Shown here: one piece after another, positions 1-13,990 of the stretch | Layout: every line of letters begins with the position of its first letter | Position numbering within the stretch: position 1 is the stretch's first letter | Origin: the human T2T-CHM13v2.0 reference genome, Homo sapiens | Strand: one strand, 5' to 3' | Assembly (NCBI RefSeq): GCF_009914755.1 | Contig: NC_060945.1 | DNA: 64,000 nt | The notes under the pieces: model-generated | Told to the model about the DNA's origin: nothing | What the model saw: the letters and a program-made list of their open reading frames with translations, nothing else | Databases searched by the model: none | Program-made: the position numbers and the translations under genes

Positions 1-52
1 GGCAGAGCTGGATTTCTGGGAGTTTCTCCCTATAAGCCCTGGACATGCTTAC

Positions 53-96
53 CTATACACCAGACTGCTTCCAGAGCCACTGCCGGTCAGAAGAGC
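53..96 (-). other. Candidate internal exon
   Basis: Donor TAG|GTAAGC at 53/52; nearest acceptor ccccAG| at 98-97 has a weak pyrimidine tract, so the exon may be longer. Confidence 0.3.
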
Positions 97-751
97 CTGG
101 GGTGTGTTCAGCTGCTAGAATAACACAAGTCTGAGGTCTTGTGTCGTCGGTCCAACATTCTCTAAGAGGGAGAAATTTAATCAAGATCCTGTTAGCAGTT
201 TTCTCTCTTGTTGCCTTTCAAGATTATGGCTTTTCCTTTTTTCATTTTTTTAGTTCCCAAAACCAAGCTTGTTAAATCAAATCTTGACCCAATTCCTGGC
301 AAGTAACAAGGTTATTGCTATTTGGCCTTACACCCACGGGTTGTCCCCCAGTACCGTGAGGGTAAGGGGACTCTGTAAGGTCCCTGGGAGGGGAAAGGAA
401 TGTCAATTAGTGGTCCCCCCAGCTGGGTATAAGCAAACTTTCCTGTCTATGGGCCGCAGAGACCACCATCTAGTTCCCCCGCCAAAACTTTACATGATTT
501 TAATTCTCCTGATGAAGATGAGAGGATAACAGCCAACAGAGAGGGCAGAGGATGGGATGGGACTCCCTTGCTCAGAGACCTCACCTCTAGGTCTTTACCT
601 CCTATTGAGAATAAGTCAGTTCTGTAGTAAGAACTCTGTGTCCACGGCAACCCCAAACAGAATCCTAGCGCTCTTGTGATTCTTGTAGAATGGGGAATAG
701 AACGAGCTTGGCCCAAGACTGCACAGACTTAAAAACATACTATTCTTTGAA

Positions 752-1437
752 AATGGCAATCATTAAAAAGTCAGGAAACAACAGGTGCTGGAGAGGATGT
801 GGAGAAATAGGAACACTTTTACACTGTTGGTGGGACTGTAAACTAGTTCAACCATGGTGGAAGTCAGTGTGGCGATTCCTCAGGGATCTAGAACTAGAAA
901 TACCATTTGACCCAGCCATCCCATTACTGGGTATATACCCAAAGGACTATAAATCATGCTGCTATACAGACACATGCACACGTATGTTTACTGCAGCACT
1001 ATTCACAATAGCAAAGACTTGGAACCAACCCAAATGTCCAACAATGATAGACTGGATTAAGAAAATGTGGCACATATACACCATGGAATACTATGCAGCC
1101 ATAAAAAATGATGAGTTCATGTCCTTTGTAGGGACATGGATGAAATTGGAAATCATTCTCAGTAAACTATCGCAAGAACAAAAAACCAAACACTGCATAT
1201 TCTCACTCATAGGTGGGAACTGAACAATGAGAACACGTGGACCCAGGAAGGGGAACATCACACTCTGGGGACTGTTGTGGGGTGGGGGGAGGGGGGAGGG
1301 ATAGCATTGGGAGATATACCAAATGCTAGATGAGGAGTTAGTGGGTGCAGCGCACCAGCATGTCACACGTTTACATATGTAACTAACCTGCACATTGTGC
1401 ACATGTACCCTAAAACTTAAAGTATAATAAAAAAAAA
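752..1437 (+). mobile_element. 5'-truncated young L1 (L1PA2/3-like): ORF2 C-terminus, 3' UTR and poly(A)
   Basis: [27 protein letters not shown]...FSLIGGN*; G-rich 3' UTR; probable TSD ATACT(A/G)TTCT at 737-746 and 1437-1446. Confidence 0.95.
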
Positions 1438-1829
1438 TACTGTTCTGCCATACATACAGATACTCATTAAAGATGAGGGAGAAGGGCATGGGGTGGGGGA
1501 GAATGTACCAAAACCAAAGACCACAGGATAATAACCTCAGAGCAGAGACTATCTCTCTAGTTATTTTTTCTTTTGTATGTAATGGAGAGGATTATTATTT
1601 ACTCTGATGAAGAAGTTTACATCAAGTGTTCAGCTTCCTTTGTGGGTTACAGAGAATAACCAGAGGGCTCAGTTATGCTCTCTGAATAACTATGTTTGCT
1701 TAGTGTTTTCTAAACAATATTAAATTTCACTAAAATAGACAAGGTTGATAGGACTTGGGGGCATAACTCATTGACTCAAGCTATCATTTTATAGGATTGT
1801 GAGAAAACAAATAGATGAACATTTAAAAT

Positions 1830-2190
1830 ACACTCATATTCTCGCTAGAAAAGAGGATTTTGAATATTCTTACATCAAAGACATGGTAAATGTTTAAGGC
1901 AATGGATATGCTAATTACCATGATTTGATCATTATGCAATGTAAAATGTACTGAAACATCACATTGTACCTCATAAATATGTACAATTTATTATGTGCGA
2001 ATTAAAATTTTGAGTACAAGAAAAAATAAACTTCAATTGTAAGAAAACAACCCAACTTTTAAAAAATGGGCAAAATACGTGAACAGATACTTCACTAATA
2101 GAGATTTGCAACTGGCAAATAAGCAAACGAAAAACTGGTCATCATCACTATCTATTAGAGAAATGCAGATTAAAACTACAATAAGAAACA
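1830..2190 (+). mobile_element. Old L1M fragments (3' end plus an ORF2 piece) cut off at the CpG island
   Basis: GATATGCTAATTACC..GATTTGATCATT..CATCACATTGTACC motif and AAAAATGGGCAAAA..GAAATGCAGATTAAAACTACAAT motif. Confidence 0.75.
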
Positions 2191-2239
2191 ATGCTGCCCA
2201 TCCAGACGCATTGTTTTGACCGTTTCCAACTTGTCCCAG

Positions 2240-3720
2240 CCCTTCCCGGGGCATCGCTGGGGACCCTACGCCGACGTCCCCCCTCCGCCCGCGCCCCAAG
2301 GGCCGACTGGGCAAATTGGGAGACCCGCCCCGCGGGGCGACCCAACTTTTCGGAACAGCACCCCACCGCCCACCCCCGCAGACCCCCGGACCCCCGCTCC
2401 CGGCGGAGACTCAGGGAACCCCGCACCCCAAGCCCTTCTAAATCGTGCAGCGTGAGTGTGACGGCCAAGAGCGGATGCAGCCCGGGATCGCCCGCACCTT
2501 CCCGTGGGCGGAAGCGCAGGAGCCAGCTGGGGAGGGGGCGCCCTAGAGGAGCGGCTAGAAAGCAGACACGGGGAACTGAGGTCATCCTGGGGGGGGACAA
2601 GACAACGAGAGCCGGGCGCCTCGGGGGCGGCGCGGGAGCCTCCGCAGGACCGGGCGGGCGCCCCGGCTGGCGCGGGCGGGGGGCGCGCCCCCTTTACCTG
2701 CGGCTCCGGCTCCTAGGCCATTTCCTCACGCGGCGGCGGCCGGGACTGAGCTGACACCACTCAGGCCGGCCGGGTTTGAATGAGGAGGAGCGGGCGCGGA
2801 GAGGAGGGGGCGGGGAGGGCGGAGGGAGGGAGGGAGGCGTCGCGGAGTTTTTCTCGGCCTTTTGTGCGGACACCTCCCGGATTCCGCGCCCGCACCCGGC
2901 CCCCCAAAAGACACGGGGAGCCGCGGGCGAGGGGTGCAGCCATCCGCCGAGGCGCCTAGTGCCTTCGCGCCTCCAAGACCCACCCCCAACAAAAAGGAGC
3001 GTCCCCCACCCCTACCCCCGCCCGGAGGATTTAGGGCCTAGGCTCACCTCGGGCGCGGAGCTAAGTGTTGGCGCCGGGGGTCCCTAGAGCCGCCGGGGCG
3101 CAGCGAGTCCGGCGCTGGGTAACTGTTGGGTCAGAAACTGTTCAGGTAGCAGCTGTTGTGCCCTCCCTTGGCCCCGCCGCTCGGAGACGCCCCGCCCCCT
3201 GCCTTCAACGGCCGCGCCGGCCCCGCCCCCTGCCTTGAACGGCCGCCCGGCCCCGCCCCAGCGCCCACGTGACTAGCATAGGCGCGCCCCCGTTCCGCCC
3301 GCCGCCGCAGACTCCGCCTCCGGAATGCGAGCGAGCGGCGAGCGCGCGCACTGCCAGTTCTTGCTCGGCGACTCCCGCGCACGCGCGCGCCGTGCCACCC
3401 TCCCCGCACCCCTCCTCCCGCCATCCGGCTTAACGTGGCGGGCGCGCGCCGCGGCAGTAGCCGTGACAGGTACCCGGCGGGGGGGGGGGGGAGGGGGTTG
3501 GCCCGCGAGGGTGTGCGCAGGCACAGACCCGGGTCCTGTCCCCGCCGCCCCCTCCTCTGCAAGGTGTGCCTGGGCGAGGGGAGGGGCCCGCGGCCCGAAC
3601 CCCTGGGTCACCCCCGAATTACAAACAAAAACCTTAACGCCATTGCTCGCGGGTTAGAAGGCAGCTGTGCGTGCTCAGGAAAAGAAGCCACGCACAAGAG
3701 ACCGCACGCGGCGTGGATAC
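2240..3720. promoter_or_regulatory. CpG island / probable bidirectional promoter of an unidentified donor gene
   Basis: Very high GC and CpG density; multiple GGGCGG boxes; CACGTGAC E-box at 3265-3272; NRF1-like GCGC tracts at ~3340-3390; splice-donor consensus on both strands. Confidence 0.88.
2698..2870 (-). other. Candidate non-coding first exon (5' end approximate)
   Basis: Strong donor GCCGCAG|GTAAAG at 2698/2697 inside the CpG island; contains ATGGCCTAG. Confidence 0.5.
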
Positions 3721-3759
3721 AGTGACACGAAACACCCAAAATCTCTTTTGAAAGGGAAA

Positions 3760-4352
3760 CCAGGCACAGTGGCTCATGCCTATAATCCCAGCACTTTCGG
3801 GGGCCAAGGCGCTCACCTAAACCCGAGAGTTCAAGACCAGCCTGGGCAATACAGCGAAACCCTGTCTCTACGAAAAATATAAAAATTAGCTGGGCATAGG
3901 GCTGGGCACGGTGGCTCACGCCTGTAATCCCAGCACTTTGGAGGCCGAGGCGGGCGGATCACGAGGTCAGGAGTTCCAGACCATCCTGGCTAACACAGTG
4001 AAACCTTCTCTCTACTAAAAATACAAAAAAAATTAGCCGGGCGTGGTGGCAGGTGCCTGTAGTCCTAGCTACTTGGGAGGTTGAGGCAGGAGAATGGCAT
4101 GAATCAGGGAGCGGAGGCTGCAGTGAGCTGAGATTGCGCCACTGCACCCCAGCCTGGGGGACAGAGTGAGACTCCGTCTCAAAAAAAAAAAAAATAATTA
4201 GCTGGGCATGGTGGCTGGCACACATGGTCCCAGCTACTCAGGAGGCTGAGGTGGAAGGATCTCTTGATCCCGGGGAGGTCAAGGCTGCAGTGAGCCAAGA
4301 TGGCATCACCGCACTCCAGCCTGGGCCACAGACCCTGTCTCAAAAAAAAAAG
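3760..4352 (+). mobile_element. Older Alu split by a younger Alu (~3900-4195)
   Basis: Left arm, full Alu, then right arm; duplicated AATTAGCTGGGCAT flanks the inner element. Confidence 0.9.
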
Positions 4353-5155
4353 AGAAAGTGGGGAAGAAAATGTAATACAAATTAATATACCAACAGCAAT
4401 TAGTGAGTACTTTTTCCATGGAGCTGGGAGAGGGAATAAATGTTTGTAAAATTAAAATGTTCTACGCTAGAAATCAACTTTCCTTCTATGCTTTCTTTAC
4501 TTCACCCCTTATAGCTACTTAGTAAATCTCACAAATCCTATCCTTCTAATCTCTCTGAAATGTATGTACCCTTTCCCTTCTATTCTCACCACCCATGTTT
4601 CTTTGTTTCCTTCTAGCCTGTGTAATAATCTCATAATCGCACCTCCTGTACCTGCCTTCTTTCTAGTCCAGAATACGTTTTCCTAAATTCCACCAATAAC
4701 CATCCTGCTACTGCTTTGTGTGAAATTCTCCAGAAAAAATTTTACTTTTCCAAAATAAGTCAGGCTCTTAGGATACAAAACCACACCATGGTCCCAGCCA
4801 ATCTTTCAGCCTGATTCACTCAGTATATATTTATTGACCTCTCCTTTCTCCCAAGCACTTGGCTAGATAATAATTAAAGAGTGCGGCACAAAACAAATTG
4901 GATTCCTCCCCTCATGGAGCTTGTATTTTCACAGGAAGCACAGACATTAAATAAATTAAAACACAAAAAAATAGACAAGCATATAATTACAGTATGTATC
5001 CTAGAGAAATATCACTCATGCAGAAAGCATACACAAGGATGCAGCACTGTTTCCAATAGCGAAAAGCTAGAAACAACCTACATGTTCACCAAAAGAAAAT
5101 GGCCACATAAACTATACCATATCCAAATTATCCAAATTTTAGAATATAGACAACA

Positions 5156-5767
<612 letters not shown>

Positions 5768-6164
5768 TTACTAGTTCCATATCCTGCTTTTGGATAAACA
5801 TTTGATACACCATTCTATACTTACTCCTCTCTTTGCTCTATTCTGACTGCCTGCACCCCTCCCCGCCACCCAATCCCCCAACATATATGCCATATATATA
5901 AACATCAACCTGTAACCACCCTAATCGGCCCCAAGGTCACTCAAAATGCCACCTCCTTCAGTTACTCTCTCCTTTGTTCAATGCCTCCTTTATAACACTG
6001 TCTGCATTATGCCTAGCCCTGGGTATGTTATTTCTCTTACCACCTGAATAGTGGGGAGGCTCTTCCAAGGGAAGACCAGTTTCCTCCATGCTGTGGAATG
6101 GTCAACACACAGTAGGTACTCCAATATTTAGCTGTTCCAATATGTAGCTGTTCTGTGCTCCTTG

Positions 6165-6770
<606 letters not shown>

Positions 6771-6784
6771 TCCTGGATTCTTTA

Positions 6785-7335
6785 ATACACTCGTTTTTTC
6801 CCTCTTTCATGTGACATGTACCTAATAAGCACCCACTATGTACACCAGGCATTGTTCTAGGTGCTGGAGATGCCGCAGGGAACCAAATAGATCAAAATGC
6901 CTATCCTCATGGAGTTAACATTTGATATTATAGTGTGTTAGATATTATAATAAGTACTATGGAGAAAAATACAAGGGGCAAAGGGGCTACAGAGTGGAGG
7001 GGTGGTGAGGGAAATGTTAAATAGATCGGCCCTGAAAGGCTTCATCATAGACACATCTAAATAAAGATCTGAAGGGGGTGACAGTGGCAGCCACAAGGAG
7101 TTCTAGGGGAAGAGCATTCCAGGTTCAGGGACAGGCAAGCGAAGTCCTTGAAGCAAAGTGCACCCAGTGTCTCAAAGAACAGCAAGGAGGCCAGCATGGC
7201 ATTGTGGCTGGCGTGGCGACAAGCCCGGAAATTAGGATGGGGATGGTGCATCTTGATTGCACGGATCTTTCTGGCCATGGTAAAGATTTTGAATTTCATT
7301 CTGAATGGGCCTGAGAGCTCTGAATAATCTGAGCA
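6785..7335. mobile_element. Degraded L2-like fragments
   Basis: GCACCCACTATGTACACCAGGCATTGTTCTAGGTGCTGGAGA and GAAGAGCATTCCAGG..GGCCATGGTAAAGATTTTGAATTTCATTCTGA motifs. Confidence 0.6.
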
Positions 7336-7481
7336 AAATGGCCGGGCTCGGTTAGTAAGTGGTGTATTCAACGGGTTCACACAATCAAGAGCACTCCTAA
7401 AATAGTAACACAGGGTCTCTCTCCTTTGCTGAAATCACTCACTCAGATATTTAAATGTATCTCTATTTCAGGTTACTTCTA

Positions 7482-7801
<320 letters not shown>

Positions 7802-7802
7802 A

Positions 7803-7899
7803 AGATAGGCAGATAGATAGATAGATAGATAGACAGACAGATAGATAGATAGATACATACATACATACATACATACATACATACATACATACATAGATA
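7803..7899. repeat. Compound tetranucleotide STR (TAGA)n(CAGA)n(TAGA)n(TACA)n in an Alu tail
   Basis: Directly visible. Confidence 0.95.
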
Positions 7900-8341
7900 A
7901 AAATTGAGGTGCACTGTCACTTGAGAATTTCAAATTATATGATAAGTAGCTAAGGCAGTCAAAGAAAGGCTTTGGAGATGACCATAAAGTACTTTATGTA
8001 ACTAAGTTATTCAGTCCCTAAACCATTTATATTTAAATATAGAAAATATATTTAATAATTTGATACAGGAAAAAAGAGCTTGTCAAAAAATCTCAAAAGA
8101 ATAAAGTCTATTGGATTTAAACCATTTCCTTATAAAACCTGATTGCTGTATTACAGATATGAACTCTATATGCACTCAAATCCTTTCATCAATAAAAGGC
8201 AATAAGACTCTTATTGAGTAACAATAAGAGGCAATAAGGCTCTTATTGACTGTAACATTATTTAGGATAGTTCTTTCCAATAGAAATATCAAGACCAAGG
8301 GGTTACATAAAAAAAGAAAAAATTTTAAGTCAGTACTATAC

Positions 8342-8461
8342 CATCATCTCTGCAAGGTAACTGCTCAGAAACAGAGCCTGAGGAATCTTTTCTGATCACA
8401 GATCTTTTGGTTTTCCCTTGCCCAGTTCGACTTCTTTGCCGCACCATAAATCCACCAATAC
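8342..8461 (-). pseudogene. KMT2CP: KMT2C exon 25 copy, 120 bp (last exon found)
   Basis: IGGFMVRQRSRTGQGKTKRSVIRKDSSGSVSEQLPCRDD; AG/GT intact. Confidence 0.95.
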
Positions 8462-8795
8462 CTATCCAAAAAAGAAATTGGGTAAACTGATAAATAATTT
8501 CTCCCTACGTTTCCACAGTACACAGGATAAAAATGCTTTATCTTGAATAGTAAGTCATTTTCCAAAATTAAGTCTGTGCTAGTCTAAATAAATAACCTGA
8601 GTTTTAGGTAAAATAGAAGTTAAAAACAACCAAAAAAAAAAAAAAAAAGGCAAAGCCACTGTTACCGCTTATCAAACAGAATACAAAAAGACCTGTGTGC
8701 ACTTCCTCTTCTCAACAGTATCAGTGTAAATATCAAACACTAAATTACGCTGGCTTATCTATTTGACAAATATTAGTGCCTCATACATCACATAA

Positions 8796-9083
8796 CAGTC
8801 ATGCACTGCATAATGATGTTGGTCAACAAAGGGCTGCATGTCAAGGCAGTGGTCCCATAAGATTATGATGGAGCTGAAAAATTCCCACCACATACAGACA
8901 TCACCGTAGTTATAACACCGTAGCACAATTACTTTATTTTTTTAAATGAATTTAGCGTACCATACAGCCTAAGTGTGTAGTAAGCTATACCATCTAGGTT
9001 TGTGGAAGTGCACTCTATGATGTTCACACAAGGATGAAAATGCCTAGTGATGTATTTCTCTGAACTTAAGTGATGGATGACTG
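8796..9083. mobile_element. Tigger3/MER7-like DNA transposon (TcMar)
   Basis: CAGTCAT...ATGACTG termini; internal GGTCCCATAAGATTATGATGGAGCTGAAAAATTCC. Confidence 0.75.
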
Positions 9084-10532
9084 TGTCTGTATATTAACCG
9101 GCTAACTGGTACATTAGCTGGAGGACAGAAGACACAAACTACCTAGATGACACAAATATTCTTTGACTGATATGATTTCAGGGGGACAGTGTCTGGTACT
9201 CCAACGTATGAGGGCATTTATACATGGGACACATAGAGCCCTGTGGTTAAGAGCATGGAATCTGGAGTCAGACTATGTAATTCTGCTTACTCACTAAATA
9301 CTTCTCAATGCCTCAATTCTTTCACTGGTTAAATATGGGGGTAAGGCAAAGCAGCTTCTCATACATATGTTAAAAGGACAAATAACATAAGTGAAGTGCT
9401 TAGAATAGAGGTCTGGTACACAGTCAACACTATAAGCTTTTGTGAAATGATATCGCTGTCTAGCAATATACTCTGTGACCTAATGGGTCCCTCAATTAGA
9501 GGGTTGACTTCCATGTGAGGCAGAGGAAAAGAAAACAGTAAATACAAGTTCCTGGAAGAAATCTGCAATGTCTAAAAAAGTACACTTATAAGCCTCATGA
9601 TTAGGAAGAAATGAAATCATTTTCATAAAATGATTTAGAAGCAACTCACCTTAGGTCCTTATTATAGATATGACCTATTTAAAAGACAGGTTATCTTTTA
9701 AGGTCTCATGGAATACGAATGAAGTAAGAAAGTTCTTCCTTACATATCAAAAGGGATTTAGATCACTCTTACCAATAAAATATAAGCAATAAGAAGCATA
9801 AAGATTGTACGAATCCAATTTAAAACCTCATTGGTAAACAGACATTAATAAACTGGCTAAGGAAAGACTACTCAACACGTGTGAAAAGCGGGAAAAAAAA
9901 TTTTAAATAAATACATAAAAGCCTACAACTTCTGTATTGTGACAATTTTAATAATTTTTTCCAATAAGGCAAATAAAACTGACAAGCAAGACCGCTTTTC
10001 TCTCCACTCCTGAGGCAGATAAGAAATGAGTGTTTAATCAATCATGGTTTTTAACTGGACTATAAATTCTAGGAGCCATAATAACTCTGTCTTGTTCCCC
10101 TTCACACTGTATACTTACTGGCACTACTGCATAAACACTGAAATAAGTTTTTTCAAAAAAAGATATTAGAAAGTGAATACTGAAAATTAAAAGCGTTACA
10201 GAAGTACACATCCAGAGGAACTATATAAATGGCCTTCAAAGTCCAAGTATGAACAAAAGCCAATCTAGTAAAGCATTTAATAAAATGGTTAACATTTGGG
10301 ATAAGGCATTCAATAATGATTCATTGTGAAGTATTCACATATTCAAAATAAAGAACTCTAGAGCTAAAAAGTCGTATTCAAATAGTTTAGTTCTTTAATT
10401 TATGTGCACATATTTTTGTTTAGACAGTTCTTAATCCTGAATATTTAATTTTAATTGAAGTCTTCAGTATTGTATTTTTCTTTAATTAACAAAGTGTTGA
10501 TGATATTGAAATGTCTACCTCAGGCACTATAC

Positions 10533-10661
10533 CTGGTCTGTATGGTTTCCTTTTTCTCTTTTTGACACCATCTGTTCCTTCCACTCCCTTAGTTTCATCA
10601 TTCACAGCTTCCCGCTCAGGACTAGATTCTGATTTTCCATCACAATCCATAAGTTCTCCTT
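10533..10661 (-). pseudogene. KMT2CP: KMT2C exon 24 copy, 129 bp
   Basis: GELMDCDGKSESSPEREAVNDETKGVEGTDGVKKRKRKPYRP; AG/GT intact. Confidence 0.95.
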
Positions 10662-12079
10662 CTGGAAAAAAGTAAATGTATACACAAAACTGGAAAAACC
10701 TATCAAATATATAATCCCTACATCATGGGGAATAAAAAGTAGGGTTGTTGCTGAGCCATTTTAATTGTACATCCCTGTTGGTAGGGAAAGTATGAAAGGA
10801 GATAGAAGCAGCCCCAAATGGTTCTAGAAATTGTGCTGCTTAGTGCAGTGTTCCCATGAAATAAAACATAATCAGAGAAGGGGAACACAGAACTCAGAGT
10901 TCTGTTAAGTGCAACCCATTTGCACTTAACAAATTCACTTGCTTTTAATTATGTCTTCAGGTCCAGGTCTCTAGACTAGAACTCTCTTCTGAGCTTCAAC
11001 CACAGCTATAATTGAATATTACCTAGTTACTGAAAACTGTGTATCCAAAATGAACTACTAATTTAAAATAAACTTTCTCCTTTTTCCCATGTTACCTATC
11101 ATCATTAAAAGGCATGGAAATGTAACCTGGAGAAGACAGAGGCCTGGAAGACCACCTTAATCATTCCTAATCTCTTTCCTCCTACAACCAAGACTCCTCA
11201 ATACCTCTGAAATGCATTTTATCACTCTCTACTACCATCTTAGTCCAACCTCAGATGACTCACTATTAATACAATATGCTCCTATCTAGTTGCCCACCTC
11301 AAAGCTTACCTCTCTCCAATCAATTCTTTAAATTACTGCATAAATGATCTTTCTATAAATATGTATCAATTTTCTGCTTAAAATCCTTTCATGTCTTCCC
11401 AATGCCCTCAAAATAAACTTCAAATTACAAGGCCCATTACAACAGTCTCTTGTAAACTTTCCAGCTTCATCTCACTCCCACCAGGGAACTATACTCAGTT
11501 CTTTGAATGTATCAAGCTCTTTCTTCCACTATCTTCCCCAATTTCTGCCTTCTACCTAACTTATCTTTCAGGATTTATTCTAAACTTCACTGTATTAAAG
11601 AATTCCTGATATTTAGATAAGATTATGTCAAACAGTTGTATGCTCGTATGTATGAACGTCATGCTTCATTTTTATTGGTTCTTTAAAATCTGTGTCCCTG
11701 CTAGACTATATTCTCCATGAGAACAGGTACACAGATTTTCTTAGTAACAGGTGCATTGTTAGTAGGATACCTAATACATGTTCAATAAATACTTCACTGA
11801 ATGAGGTAAATGGAATGCTTACAGAATGCTATTTTAGAGAATGCTATTTTAACACTATGGTAATCAAACTTTTCCAAGTTATATATGCTTTACATTGTAT
11901 TACAGGAAAAAGATATGTTTATCAAATACATTTTAAAATCAAGTTGTTAACTCCTTCAATATTCTCAGTATTAGAGATAACATATTTCTGTAATGGCATG
12001 AACAGGGTATTTGTCTTTTCTTTTTTATTATATTTGGTCTATATTTAAGGCCAATTCCATAACAATCTGATAATGGCTA

Positions 12080-12720
<641 letters not shown>

Positions 12721-13777
12721 AAGAAAATTACTGAAAAAAACAAGCACCAAAGATGACAATACCAATTGTTTACCTTCAAATAAACCCACCTAAAAGTTAA
12801 TGACAGGGAATTTTGGGTTAAGGTGGCAGACTAAATTCATACATTAAAATTACATTCTCCTGAAACCCTACTAAAAACACACTGAAATAATCTATTTTTA
12901 AAAGATAAAATCAAGCTGTGGCATGGTGGCATGCCTGTAATCCCAGCTAGTTGGGAGGCTGAGGTGGGAGAAGAGAATTGCTTGAGCCCAGAAGGTTGAG
13001 GCTACAGTGAGTTATGATCACACTACTGCATTCCAGCCTGGACAACAGAGAAAGACCCAATCTCCTTAAAAAAAAAAAAAAAAAAAAAAAAGACAATAGG
13101 AAAGGAGAAAAACAAGTTAACGAAGGCAAATTCTCAGTTGAGAGCAGAAAGAACTGAAAAAAAGAATCCAGTTTATAACAATCCTCAGAAGGCTGAGAAA
13201 CTAGGAAAACTGGCCACCTTTGGAAATAAGTGGGAGAAAACTGAAGCAACAAGAGATTTAATTATCTGCAGAAGTTATACTCCCTACACCTGCTTCCTAG
13301 GTTTACACACTGAGAAGCTGCTACTCTCATTTGTGGGATGAGGATTCCTGGGTGACCTTAAATGGAACAATGGGATGAAGATCGAAAATAGGACCAAGAA
13401 AATATGGGCATACTAATTGTGGACAACCCCATTCTGCTCCCGCTGCCGGACCCCACATTTCCCCACTGAATTCTCAGAAAGCTAGCAGCCAGATCTCTAG
13501 CCTCCAAGTATGAGGTTTGAAAAGACTGTTGTGGGGAACCTGATCAGTTCAAGAAGAACATCTAAAGATACTGAAACCAGAGGGTTCACCAAATGGTCAG
13601 CACAAATCACCCCACTAAACTTACAAATCGACAAGCACCGCCACATACTCAAAGCTTTCTAATCAACTACTTAATTCCTTTTTTAAAAATAAAAATACTA
13701 TCTATCCAGTCTCCATCTTTAGTTCTTCACTTTTAATCATGCATGTACCATAAAGATTATCTGACAATGGTCTATAA

Positions 13778-13990
13778 CAAGCTTGTCCAACCTGCAGCCA
13801 AGATGCTTTAAATGCAGCCCAACACAAATTCATAAACTTTCATAAAACATTATGAGACTTTTTATGAGGTTTTTTTTTTTTTTAAAAAAAAAAAGCTCAC
13901 CAGCTATCATTAGTGTATTTTACATGTGGCCCAAGACAATGCTTCTTCCAATGTGGGCCATGGAAGCCAGAAGATCTGCAACACCCTTGA
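13778..13990. mobile_element. MER30-like hAT DNA transposon
   Basis: CAAGCTTGTCCAACC..GCCCAACACAAATTC..TGTGGCCCAAGACAAT motifs. Confidence 0.75.

Noticed and set aside
690-1223. 177-aa ORF as a gene
   Set aside because: It is the L1 ORF2 C-terminus of a 5'-truncated insertion
2033-3725. Many overlapping Arg/Gly/Pro-rich ORFs
   Set aside because: Expected from stop-codon scarcity in a CpG island; no recognisable protein
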